DNA from: Takakia lepidozioides
Lineage: Eukaryota > Plantae > Bryophyta
Assembly: GCA_030704615.1 (NCBI GenBank)
Contig: CM060732.1
Coordinates: 29,016,001 to 29,080,000 of the forward strand
Length of the DNA stretch: 64,000 bases
Reading direction: 5' to 3'
Part shown: positions 25,292 through 37,619 of the stretch, in pieces
How the letters are laid out: every line of letters begins with the position of its first letter
Position numbering within the stretch: the stretch's first letter is position 1
Translations under genes and position numbers: made by a program
Notes under the pieces: model-generated
Told to the model about the DNA's origin: nothing
The model's database searches: none
Seen by the model: the letters and a program-made list of their open reading frames with translations, nothing else

Positions 25292-27358
25292 TTTGGTTCC
25301 AAACAATCATGTCGGTATCTAAACAGTGAATGAATGTCATGTTTCTAAACTCATCTTTCAATCACGACACTAGCTAGCACAGTATAATGAATACTTGTTG
25401 AGACTTCATCAGCACATACATCAATTAGATTGGCAAGAATTCTGTAGTACATTTCGGTCTTGGACCAAGAGGGTCAAAGCATGCATAATTTGGGCTGTTT
25501 TTGCCACCTTCGCAAATAGGCTCTTCTCACCATCTGCACAACACTGTCATCCTGTTTGAGTACAGTAGTAGAAAGACACGGGATGCCCCCTCCTCCAATG
25601 CACTCCCCATAAATTGTTGGTGTCAATGGAACGTCCACATGAATCACACGAAGGAGAGTTGCTTTGCATGTGGTTTAAGAAGGTCAAGACGCAATTGCGC
25701 CTCAGCCCTCCATTGACATATTGAAGGGGCTGGTACTCCCTCATACTCCAGCACTGCATCAAGCACCACTTCCATTCATGACATGATTTACAGGGGGTGA
25801 GGAAATATTACAGGGGCCCCTGCACTGAATTCAAGACCAAGCCCTCAAACAGGCCTGACAATCTCTGTACAAAACAAGAGGGCTAATGGGTGGGTGAGTC
25901 CCCCGTGCAATGAACAGACTTCAGCACCAGAATAGTATGATAGTTCATCCATGACTCGGAGGCGTGGCATAGTTCCTGTGCATCTTGAGGAGATCGCCAA
26001 AGTTCACTTATGTCTTCCAACCATGCTGATTGTCCCAAACAAGATGCAACTCCTCCTACCAGAAGTGCTACATTTATTTACTCAACGATGGTAATCCGCA
26101 GAGTGTGAGACAATGAGAGCTCCATTAATGATCCTATTAGCTTCAGTGTTTGAACATGGAGAACATACTCACCTACTTACATACCAGCATGGCAAATGCA
26201 GAGAGATATATGGTGAAGTTAGTTATTGACCAATGCCACCAATATTCACATTGATGCACAACTCCCCACGGGCATCAAACGATCTACGAGTGTGTACATC
26301 TCAGCCTGGAGTTCCCAGGGCACAGCAGCAGCCCTCACAGCAAAGGGCTGGAATTAACATCATGAAACCAGTGTGTTGATTCCTACACTACTGATGCAGT
26401 GGTAATCCCAGCCACAATGCAGAGAATGTACACTTCCTAGAGCCTGCTGGCCAAAGACCTCTCGGCCAGATTGGGCACTGCAGACAGAGAGAGAGAGGGA
26501 AAGAGCGAGCTTGACCAGTCTCCCCTGATGTACGTGTGTTTATTTGTCCCTGGCCCTGACAGTGGCTTCTCTTCACTTGCCAAGAAAAAATGGAGACCGA
26601 TAAATGTTTGTATCGCCAAGGTTGTGTTCGAGCTTTTGTGAGTTCAGACCCTTTCTCCCTTAAAAACGAGGAAGAGAAAGAGAAAGAGGGACTTACTGAA
26701 ACTGGCCGAAATGCTACCCCAGAGAGCTGCTGTCAAGAGATTGTGAGTCTTATACCAGCCCGCCAGAAAACCCCCACAAAACGTGTTGCCGCAGCCCGTC
26801 GGATCCAGTATCTCTTTGATGTTCACTCCCTCAACACCTTGGCGTTGTATTGCATTTTGCCCCTGGCAATCAGTATTTCTCGGACGTCGTGCTCTGGTTG
26901 AAAAGCTGTCCAAATGTTGGCAGGTGCCCCAGCCGAGAGAAACAGAGAGTGGAATGCCAGCACATACCAAGTCTCTCTGGTATCAGTCCTGGTAATTGAC
27001 ATAATCAAATCCTAGTCAGTTCATGATATCATTTCAAGAAAGGATTTTCCATTTACCCAATCTCATACGCATAACAATGACTTGGCACAGAAAGATAGGT
27101 TAGGTTAAACGATTGCCTGTGCACAATGCAGCCTAAGGCTCCCCGCCTCAACACCACAATCTGCAAGCATCAACAAAATCAATGAAAAATGCTACATTAA
27201 TTCACATCCTGTCACTTCAAATAATCCCTTCCAATGTCCCAAGGGTGTGCTTGTGAGTGGAGTAGAACAATACTGAGCAAGTCCAGGGTTCTTACCTCAG
27301 CACCAAGCTCTGCAAGTCGTTCTATCAATTCCAAAGGAGGGCCAGGACCCACCAAAGA

Positions 27359-28832
27359 TTGTACTCATAAGACGTTGTTTGCCGTAGCCTTGTGGCCATT
27401 GACCCCGCGCCCAGTTTGAGCGGGAACAAAAGGGACAGAACCTACCTCTGTCAGGGGCTGACGTTGGTAGTAAGACTTACCTCCATATAAAGAATTAATC
27501 CGGGTTTTCCAGATATCCTCTAGAAATCCCTTCACACAAGCATCAATCTGCTGTGTGTGATTTGCCCAAAAATTAGGCCTCAGGAGGGCCTGGGCTTTTC
27601 ACTCAGCCTCGAGACTTTCAAAGTTGGTAAACAGGGGTACAGGCACAATTCCCTTGATAGATTTGAAGAGAGCGTCTCTTTGGTGAGAGAACCCCGGACA
27701 GTCTATCAGAAAATGAATACTGTCTTCAGATTGCCCACACAACGGGCAATTGCACTCTCCCTTTCCTCTCTGCTTCTGTTTGCTGTTCAAAGGTAGGCTT
27801 CCTGCCCTGAGTTTAAATTTCAGTCTAGTGCCGAGAGTGGGTAGACCCTTGAGGTCATCCAAGATGTCCTCCCCAATGTCACAGACTGGAAACAAGTTCA
27901 GGGAAGTTTTCTGCCTAACTTCATTTTCATCAGACAATCTCATGGCAACAGACATAGCTGAGGACACTACAGCCTCTAAGTCAGATTTATCCAGCAGGGT
28001 CAAGACTTGCGGATCCAGGTCCAGGTCCTTGAGGATCTCTTCTACTCTCTTCTGCCAGGACTTAGCCTGTCTGACAGGGCGGTCCTGTTTCCAAGATATA
28101 GAGTCGATTAACTTAGGATATCTGGTGTTGGGCATATGTTGCAGCTGACCCCACCATCTGACCTTGAATTCATCTCGTCGGGAGCTTAAGGACGGAATGC
28201 CAAACTCACCCCGAACAGCCACATTGGCTGTTTTGGAGCATGCTGACATACACTCCTTAAGCACCCCCACTTGAATGGATTCTAGAGACTTAGCCTGGTT
28301 GGAGTTATCAACCCATATAGCAGATCCGTACTCCAAGGCAGGTCTAATAACGCGACAAAGCATGGTTTTCTTAACCTCAGAGTTGACCCCTCTGCAGTGG
28401 AAAAATTTAGTGAGCCCCAGAGCTTTGCCCTTGCCAGTTTGAACAACTTTCCAGATATGTGCATCCCAATTACAATTGGAGGAGAACTCAACGCCCAGGT
28501 AAGTGTAGGAAGGGAGGACCGGGATCTCTTGGCTACCCCACTGCCACTTAAGATCACTTCCTCCCTCTCCTCTGTCGTTGAATGCTACCACTGCACATTT
28601 GCTGACATTAGCCTCTAGCCCCCAAAGATCAAAGTATCTCTTTGCGCAATCAATCAATTCCTGGAGATTGGTTGGAGTCTCCCCTATGCCTGCGAAGTCA
28701 TCCGCAAACATAAGGGCTGGTATGGTGGTATCACCCACACTTAACCCAAATCCCTCACTTTCCACATCCTCGAGGAGTTGATTGATGAAAACATTGAAGA
28801 GCAGAGGGGAGAGAGTACATCCTTGAGCTACA
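27359..28832 (-). mobile_element. 5'-truncated non-LTR retrotransposon (LINE) with 17-bp TSD
   Basis: RT motifs QGCTLSPLLFN, FADD and YLG; C-terminal CPLC...H...C. TSD CCAGGACCCACCAAAGA at 27342-27358 and 28833-28849. Confidence 0.93.
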
Positions 28833-29161
28833 CCAGGACCCACCAAAGAGATAGCCTCCTTCTCATTTGGGGAGAAAATGTGGCCTGCAGAAACCAACCC
28901 CCTGTGACAGAGTTTAATCACTTTGGATTCAGTGTTATGATGGTGATCTGGTATGCCCAAGTTCTAACCACTGTAATAAAATATCATGTTCCAAGTTTCT
29001 GTATCTGTCCTTCCTCCTCTGTTTTCAAGGTCACTTACTTTCCCTCTCTGTCTCTCTCAACGGTTGCAGAACATGAGGTGAGAGTTAAATCTGTACTGAA
29101 GCTCAGATCGTGTCACGATGTCTTTTGTGCAGGGAAACAGGCTGGGAGTTAAGCTAACGAC

Positions 29162-29974
29162 ATTACCGCGGAAACACGACAAACATGGCAAACCGGGGAA
29201 ACACTGCAAATCGTAACCCCAAACCAACCCTAACCTTAACCCTTAGCGAACTGCCATGTTCGTGGAGGGAAACAGGGCTGGGAATTAAGCGGACGTCCGG
29301 CACATGAGAATTCAAAAAATTATATATATATATATTCCCCGGCATTTGGGTAGATGTCGTCGATGATCATCGTGAAATCTCCGCGAGGGGGGAATTCAAA
29401 ATCCCTAAAAAAAACCCTGGTTAGGGTCCGGATTACCTATCCGGATCCGGACCCGTGCCATCACCAAAAACTCGGACCCTGACCCGGGTTCATTTTTAAA
29501 ATGAACCCGGAACCGGACCCGGACCCGCCAGCTAGGTCCAGAACCCGTTAAACCCGCTACTCGCGGGCCAGAGTTGGTATAGCCATCTTTCCTAGTTCAC
29601 TAGTTGACATTCTAGAGAGTTTTACTTTCTAGATAGTTCTACTATTGTCGGTGGGTTGAAAAGCAACTCACTAGTGGGTGTGGCTGCTGCAGGAGTATAC
29701 TTATAGGAACAGTGACCAGAGAAGGTTAAAGCTTGGTGAGAGTGGGGCCAGGTGGGATTGCGGCTTGGGGCTCGTCTTCAAGGTGGAGCGCTTGGGGTTG
29801 GTGGAGGGTGGGACCAGCTGCGTGAAGTGCTTGGGGTGGGAGTGCTTGGGGTTGATGAAGTAGGGCTGGGGGAATCGGGATCGTCGTGCTTGGGACTCAA
29901 TATTGCCGTGTTTCCGTGTTTGGAAGTTTTGCCGTGTTCACCTCTTCTTCCAAAATATTCGCTTCCACGGTAAT
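29162..29974. mobile_element. Possible non-autonomous DNA transposon
   Basis: Terminal inverted match ATTACCGCGGAA / TTCCACGGTAAT plus inverted GAAACAC/GTGTTTC subterminal motifs. Confidence 0.4.
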
Positions 29975-30571
29975 AGGATCCCCTCCAAACCCTGTCCTCG
30001 GTTATAGGACTTGCTTTTCCCTCCTCTAAACCCTGTGCTCACACTTAGAGGGCAAAGCGTGAGCCGAGCTCCTGGGCTCACGCGGCTAGGCTCACGCTGT
30101 AGCTACGTCTGGCGAGGTGCAGACACAAATGACCCGCCCGTGCATGCCCAATGATCATGAGATTGATTCGCATCGTGTGGATGACCCAGATCGACGTTCT
30201 CTTGCATGTTTCAACCGTGTTCGACAGTTGTTTGCCAACCATGTTTCAAGTTCTCATAGGCAGTGAAGCTCGGCATAGGTATGTTCGAACGTCGGCCCAT
30301 GCCCTGCTAAGTGTTGGATCTCTCCTATTTGGCAATAGGCCAGACCTCATTCATGCAAAGGCAGAGCTGGACAAAGATGTCGCAACTCTCACTGGAGATT
30401 GTGAAATCAAATGGAGCCGTGCATTGCAGAAAATACATTACATTATTTCTGTGATAAGAATACGAGCAGTCGGAGACATGGAAATATCATATCCCCATCA
30501 GTTTAGGGCGCTGTGCTGCACTTGCCCATGACCCTATGCCTTTTATGTCTTGCAATTATGACTTTGTGCAA

Positions 30572-31630
30572 TGTCATGGTTAACTAGAATTACCTACTTC
30601 TAGTTAATTAGGACATTTTGGATATTTATATTTGTATTTTGTGTGTTGGGACTTCATGGGGTCTCATATGCCAAGTGAGGTGTCAAACCTCACTTGGGAC
30701 ATGGGGATGTGTTTTCCCCTTGTGAGGGTTGAGGAGGGCTCATCTTGTTGTAGTTGAGCCTCCATGAGCCTCTCTCACCACCATAGCTCTAGGTATTGAG
30801 AGGGAATGTGTTGAGGGCTTTGTAGGGTGGATTCATTTAGCAAAGGTGCCCTTGGCTTGACTTAGTTTATGTGATAGAGTGGATTTCACTTGGAAGGACT
30901 AGGTTCATTTCACTAGCAATCTAGGGTTAAGCAAGTTCAAAGTGTGGATGTTGTGGAGGAGAAGCCAAGGAGCTACATAGGCTTGGAACAAGTACAAGCA
31001 CTTGGAGAGCACTAAGAAGCTCAAGAGGTTTTGAAAGGGAGCATGTGAAGAAATCTTCCAATCATGGTGGTGTGGAGCCAAGCTCAGGGCATTGGAAGGG
31101 CTTGGAGAACATATGGTGGGAAACCCTTGAAGGGAGATCATCATTCAATGTATGCATAGCTTCACCCTAACTATGTAATGTGACAAGAAGGGGAGACAAT
31201 ACTTGGCTATTCATGCTCTTGGTAGTGTGAGTTTTGTGGTGGATAGTTGACCAAGCAAGTGGTGCATATGTGGAGCATGCTCTCTTGAGTTTACAAGTTC
31301 AAGTTTGAGAATGGGAGCTCTTGGACTAGCAAGAGGTGAAGGCCTTGATCCATTTGTGTGTAAAGTGGAGAGGTGTTGATTCATGTTACAATGAAGGAGA
31401 ACAACACATAGGCCAAGTGGGTCATGGAACATGCATTCAAATGACCAAGGGGAGCACATAGATGATGGATTGATGCAAGACCCCAAAGGAGGCATATGGC
31501 GTGAGAGTGGGATCCAAGGCGGATTGCTTGGGAGCATTATTGTAAGTGACAAGCATTGCTCCTACACATTGAGATAATTTGTGTTGATTTGGAGCAATTG
31601 TCAAGTGATGAGGAGACAAATGCATGATTA
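30572..31630 (+). mobile_element. Partial long LTR (TGTCATGG family)
   Basis: Strong match to 15165-15480 and to the reverse complement of 15.8-16.4 kb. Confidence 0.7.
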
Positions 31631-31990
31631 ATGTTCGGCAATGGAGATATGGTAGTTTGCAATCAAACAAAATTCTGCACCTACATAGAGACAGAGTGGC
31701 TTCCAAAAGCCAAAATGTGGATGAAGGGATCCCGGAACATACCTCATGCCTCTCAAGACACTAATGCTGCCATAAAAGATTACCGCTTTGAGCGAGGTGA
31801 GGGCGAGGGTCAATGCGGTCCGTGGGTCCTGAAATTGTTGACCTCGATATACCAAGTGGAATGGGATGTCGAACAGATCACGCACGGCCTCGCTTTGGCG
31901 CTGGAACTGCTGCCAGTGGACCAGGGAGGACGGCACCGGGGAAAACTATATTTGTAGAGTTCACTCCGCTCTTCCAGTGTACGGAGACAT
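31631..31990 (+). mobile_element. MULE transposase fragment fused to an ORF-X homologue
   Basis: FCTYIETEWLPKAKMW...HASQDTNAAI resembles the MULE segment before the catalytic Glu. It is followed by DLDIP and NRSRT..RWNCCQWT..GENY, matching 5383-5490. Confidence 0.6.
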
Positions 31991-33567
31991 TCGGCTGAGT
32001 TGCGAAGACGAATCGCACGGGCACATGAGGCCCACAGTGACCTTGTCAATGTGTGATGGTGTCCACTAGGGTGCACCCCAGCATGGTACGCATTTGCCTT
32101 CCTGCTCTTGCTCACAAAAACATATGGTGACGTTAATCACCTCTTCAAATCCTTGAAGCCAAAGTCCTTGCCTAATCTTTTGTCTGCAGGAAGATTGGTT
32201 GAGTTAACGCTGGGTTGTCAGTGTATACCTTACAGTGACCATTATCAGAGAATGCATTTACACCTTGAACACACGACCTTAGCTCACATATCCTGCATCC
32301 ATACTGTCGATGAAACATAGCTCTTCACGTTTTGGATCCAATCCGATGTAACTTGGCTGCTTGGCATGTCCAGAAATATCTATTGCACATCAAAGCGGCC
32401 CGCCACCTCCAATTGAAGCTCCAGTATCAAAAGACTGGCATGTTGACCTGACATGATGCTTCAAATGAGAGGGAGTAGGCAATGATCCATTGCAAGTCAT
32501 GGATAGTTCCCACACCCAAGGGTTCTCTAGGTTGAGGAAGCTCACGAAAATGGTGTTAAGAGGTTTACTGGTAGGGTGCAGGGAGTGCACTCATAGAAGG
32601 CCGCAGCATGTCCCAGACCTCATCTCCCACCGCTACCCTCCAAACCTGCTTGTTCATGAACAAGACAAATATAATTCTTAATATTTGCAAGAGAGAGAGA
32701 CAGTAATTTAAACAAGAGCCTAAAACAAACCCATAATTGGTTGCTTGAGGTGGTTGTAATCTGTGTAATCTGTGTAACCTCGATGAGTGGGTCGAGGGTT
32801 GCAAGTTTCATTTTTGCATAAAGGAAATACAGATCTTCAATGAGACTGGAAGAAATGAAGAATGGGGAATCCAAACCTGTGGGCGTCGCCCATCTTCCTC
32901 CAGTATCTGCCGCATAAGCCCACCATTAGTGATCCATCTCAGAACCCCTCTCTCGCTGAGAAATCAGAGTCAATGTATAGTATGTCATTCGATGATTTGT
33001 GCTGGACTTCTGGTACCTTTTCTCCTGCTGAACAAGTTGTCCTTCATTTTCCACTTGCTTTTAAATTGAGGGCATATTTTGCAGTGTTCAGAGAAGGTCG
33101 CTCTTAAGCAAGAGGGGCTTGTACCTCTAAATACTCTAATTTTTTCTGAAGGGCATGGTTCAAAAGCAAAAAGAAGATGCACAGAGAGACAACTAAACGA
33201 CATCTTAGATCATGGACAAGAATGAGCACATTTAACTCACCTGACCTGCCAGGCTCTGAGTGTCGATAAAGGCCATTGTAAAAGTCCCTCTGCGTCAATA
33301 CCCATATCTTCCAGCCAGGCCCTACAAGATGCAGGAAAGTCCGCTCCTATTCCAGCCGCTAGCCCAACCCTGAACATACACAAACCAAAATATAGTGCTA
33401 GAAAGATGTGCTGGAATGTATGCAGCTACTGCTACATTACACTTCCAAGCTGCTGTGATTTCTTAGAAAAATACACTTGGCGCAATACCGGATCAGTCTG
33501 AAATGATAGAAAGGGCCGCCCAGATGGTCGTCTGAAAGGGACTGAACTTTGAATTGAGACCAAAAGA

Positions 33568-34086
33568 GTGTACTCATAAGACCTTGCCGCGCCCAGTTTG
33601 AGCGGAACACAAAGGGACTGATACCTACCTTTGTCAGGGGCTGACGCCGGTAGTAAGAATTACCTTGGAATAAACAATTGATCCGGGTTTTCCAGATATC
33701 CTCTAGAAATCCCTTTACACAAGCATCACCCTGCTGTGTGTGGTTTGCCCAATAACTAGGCCCCAAAAGGGCCTGGGCTTTTGGCTCAGCCTCGAGACTT
33801 TCAAAGTTGGTAAACAGAGGTACAGGCACGATTCCCTTGATAGATTTGAAGAGGGCGTCTCTCTAGTGAGGGAACCCCGGACAATGAGTGAAAATGAATA
33901 TTGTCTTCAGGTTGCCCACACAACGGGCAATTGCACTCTCCCTTTCCTCTCTGCTTCTGTTTGCTGTTCAAAGGAAGGCTTCCCGCCCTGAGTTTAAATT
34001 TCAGTCTAGTGCCGAGAGTGGGTAGACCCTTAAGGTCATCCATGATGTCCTCCCCCATGTCACAGACTGGAAACAAGTTCAGGGAA
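33568..34086 (-). mobile_element. 5'-truncated LINE copy in PfkB intron 2
   Basis: Matches the 3' end of the 27.4-kb LINE. Degenerate 17-bp TSD (13/17 identical) at 33551-33567 and 34087-34103. Confidence 0.9.
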
Positions 34087-34887
34087 GTATGGAGATCCAA
34101 AGAGACAATCGACAGGAAAAGATGGAATAAACCTCTCATCATCCGAAAACCAAAGCTTTGCTCCAAAGGCAGTCTGCGGCCCTGCATTGCATCCACGCCC
34201 CATCTCTGGTGATCAACAAACCAGAGGCCATAGAAACGGCAAAAGACCCAACCACATTCCAACAATAGATTTACAGCATATCTCCTTCCAACAAAACCAG
34301 AGATTCGTGCCGGTGCAACTGCCAGCCTGTTTCTAGTTTACATACACCCCCAGCGCTCTCTCCTCCGCAAAGACGCAAATATTAAAAGATTAACACACTG
34401 ACCTCCACCACCAAGGCAGGCCATGGCGGAATGGCTATCAGGGTAGACAATGTCATCCACTATAATTGTGAAGGTCACCACCTCCATGGTCAGTGCGCCA
34501 CCCCCCAGACAGCTTACCTCCGTTATACAATATCTTCCCCTGCACCATCCGTGCTGGGCTGGCTGTCCTGATTTTAATAAAATAAAATCAATAAATATTT
34601 AAAACATGAAAATCAAATCGTAATTTTTATTTTATTTTATTTTTAGTGAACAGGGGACTAGATTAGATTTATTGACGGGAAAAAAATGAAAACCCCTGAT
34701 TACACCATGAGGCACACACCGTAGTCAGTGAGGAATGAACCAACCTCCTGAATAGGAGCAGAAAGAGGCACCTAGGGTTGCGAAGCCTTGTCCGAATCAC
34801 CGGTCCTAGGGGGTAGAGAGAAACCTAGGCAGTACTGCCAAGAACCGTAAAGACCACGAGAAGATCGTTTGGAGCAACAGCAGAGAA

Positions 34888-35068
34888 GATTAGACTGAAG
34901 CTAGTGTATGGAACTTGGGAATCTAGCGAAATGTCAATCTAGCAGCTGATTTGATGTGGCGCCAGTTGACAACAAGCTACAGGCGATTAGACTGAAGCTA
35001 GTGTATGGAACTTGGGAATCTAGCGAAATTTCAATCTAGCAGCTGATATGATGTGGCGCCAGTTGACA
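34888..35068. repeat. ~96-bp tandem duplication
   Basis: GATTAGACTGAAGCTAGTGTATGGAACTTGGGAATCTAGCGAAAT... occurs twice. Confidence 0.85.
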
Positions 35069-35906
35069 TCTCTATCAAACTCTAGGGACACCATGGAGGG
35101 GCGTGTTGAGGTCTCTCCATCGAACTGGTGGGAGATGTGTGCATTGGGATGGTGACGCGCTAGTGCAGAGAAGACCGTTTCGTGCCCAGGTACTGGCGAA
35201 TTGCCCATGAATTGCTGCGGCTTGCTGGGGCTTCCTCTGGACATCTGCACACAGTTTGGCCCATGCTTTCCTCCCCTCAATCTGCAAAAAGTCCCAAAAA
35301 ACTCGCAACAGCAAGGTAGACAGTGTGCAGGTCGTACCAGATAGGGTCCATGCACATCTAACCTTCCAAAAATGCCAAAGAGTGGAGCTTCTAAGACAAT
35401 CAAATATCGGACAATTGGATACTCTGTTTTTAGATGTCATGTCGTAATTGAGTAGCAAGAGGATAACCGACATGTCTTGAGTATCCCACTCTCTGTGCCC
35501 TGACAAGGGGCCAGACTTTCATTGGTGTGAGACAGCAGATGAGACAGTGTTCCAGTGTCTCCATCTGACCAGAACAGCAGCAGGAACATAAGAGGAAGGA
35601 ACATCTTCAAACTGAAGCCATCGTAATTGGTTGTAGCTAGTCATTCCAGGGTTACTATATGATTTATTAACTAGCAATCACGTAAAGGTAATGCCGCTCC
35701 CGGGCGCCATTCCCTAGTACATTATTAACTTGAAATAAGACCTCCAAGTATGAATGGATCAAATTCTATCATTCTCTTGGTTCGTTGCTGATCTCTGGTA
35801 CAGCGCGATGACCGGATAATTTGGTTGCTGCTTGGAGGACCATGCCCCCAAAGTCAAGCATACCCACAACTCATTTTTCTTGTCCTCACCTTATGTACGA
35901 GTGCTT

Positions 35907-37619
35907 TGAAAAGGATCTGACTCTCTTTCCTCAGTCCAACTACAGAACAAATTCAGGCCCTTTGCTTATCTTGCCGTTCATAGGGAATCTATCATGATCC
36001 CAAGAAATCTGCTTGCTTGAATCAACGTCAATATGGACTCATGTGACCATCTTCTTTTATTCCAGTCACCGTTCATTGACTCAGACCGTAACAGAGACCA
36101 CACCAGTCCAACGATCGTTCACCCCTGTTCTTCACGGAAGTGTATTCACAAGCCTTAAGCAGATCTTTCTTGTCCCAAACAGTAACTAGAATCAAATCTG
36201 CATTGTCACTCTTCAAATCAACACCTGATGAAGCCTAAGTCATAGGATTTACACTTTTTCTCTATACAAAGGAGAAATCACAGTCCTTGCCGCTGCAAGG
36301 CACCAAAGTCCAGTGACAACTATTCCAACATCAACCTACACTCTAAAAGCACAACACCGGCTACAACATCCGGTCCACCCAGCCACCATGCCATGCTACA
36401 CACAGATTTTCTGTCGATGCAGATCTGCTCTAGACGCCTGTACGCCGTCATCCTTTCTTCAACCCTCTTGCCATCTCCAAGCACCCCTCAAAAATCCCTA
36501 GTCCTGGATCTCTTCATGCACGCGAGCCTGCTCCATTTTACCTGCTGTCAGTTCGGCGATATTCTAGCAGTCTCTTGTTATTCCAAACTGGTTGACAGGT
36601 TGATCTTCGTTCTTGGCACCTAACAAATTCCCCCTCCCAAAGACAAGTCATTGTCCTCAATGAGGGGTAACTCAATGTCAATTCATTTTCCTTCTCCCAA
36701 GTAGCTTCTGTCTCTGGGTAATGCAACCACTTAATCAAATGTTCTTTCCAAGAACGGTTGCGCAGGTGCTTCACTCGCGTTTCTAGAATCTTTTCGGGTT
36801 CAGCCATCAGCTGACCATCATTCATGGCTTGAGGCAACGTCGGCAAGATGTGTGATGGGTCTGACATATACCTCCGGAGAAGGCTGACATGGAAAGTTTT
36901 ATGGATCTTCCATGTTGGAGGCAGATCCAACTCATAGGCCACTATGCCATGGCATTCCAGGATTTTAAACGGGCCACAAAACCTTGGTGACAACTTATAA
37001 CACTTGCCCAGTGTTAGATTGCTTCTTTTAGGTGTAACTTTCAAAAACACCATATCACCAATGGCAAATTCACGAAAAGTCCTGTGCTTATCAGCAAAGA
37101 ACTCGGCCCGTTCTTGTGCAGCCTGCATACTACGCTTCACCAGATCTAGGACAGAGTGGATCTCTTTGATTTTGTCATTCACACTCTGCACATTTGATGG
37201 TGGTGTAATAAGCGAAGCAGGAGCCAAGCAATCTCGTCCATATAAAGCTTCAAATGGGCTCATGCCAATGGCACTGTGGAAATGCTTGTTATAAGCAAAT
37301 TCCACCATATACATTGTTCCCAAGGAGGACTGTCTTTCACCAACGTACATCCTCAACATATCTTCTATTGTACGGTTGGTCCTTTCTGTTTGAGCATCTA
37401 TTTCTGGGTGAAATGTCGTACTCAGTTTCACCTTGGTTCCCAATTTCTTGAACAAGTCAATCCAAAAATGACTTGTAAACTTTGAGTCCCTGTCACAAAT
37501 AATCTCCCGAGGCAGACCATGGATCCTGAATATCTCTTTCATGTACAAGGATGCATTCTAGCATTCTCTTGTTATTCCAAACTGGTTGACAGGTCGATCT
37601 TCGTTCCTGGCACCTAACA
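35907..37619 (-). mobile_element. Chromovirus (Ty3/gypsy) deletion derivative: 5' LTR stub, integrase C-terminus, chromodomain, PPT, 3' LTR
   Basis: Integrase core end (CDRD..FTS.FW, QTERTNR), GPF motif and chromodomain (PEKIL...HLIKWLHYPETEATWE). PPT GGGAGGGGGAAT. 3' LTR 36625-35907 (TGTTAG...TTCA); 5' LTR stub 37619-~37555. TSD TGCTT at 35902-35906 and 37620-37624. Confidence 0.9.

Larger units (their letters stand above)
25644..34487 (-). pseudogene. Multi-exon PfkB/ribokinase-family carbohydrate kinase gene, disrupted by TE insertions
   Basis: Exons: 34487-34403 (MEVVTFTIIVDDIVYPD..CLGGG); 34181-34133 (GPQTAFGAKLW); 33369-33246 (VGLAAGIGADFP..RAWQ); 32906-32877; 32645-32569; from 32101 (KANAYHAGVHP); ~28901-28833 plus 27341-27296 (IFSPNEKEAISLVGPG|PPLELIERL); 27160-27117; ~26990-26697 (DPTGCGNTFCGGF, PfkB signature, with a frameshift); 25753-25644. 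The middle section between ~32040 and ~28900 was not traced. Confidence 0.85.

Noticed and set aside
29214-29246. Telomere-like AACCCT repeats
   Set aside because: Only a few degenerate units.
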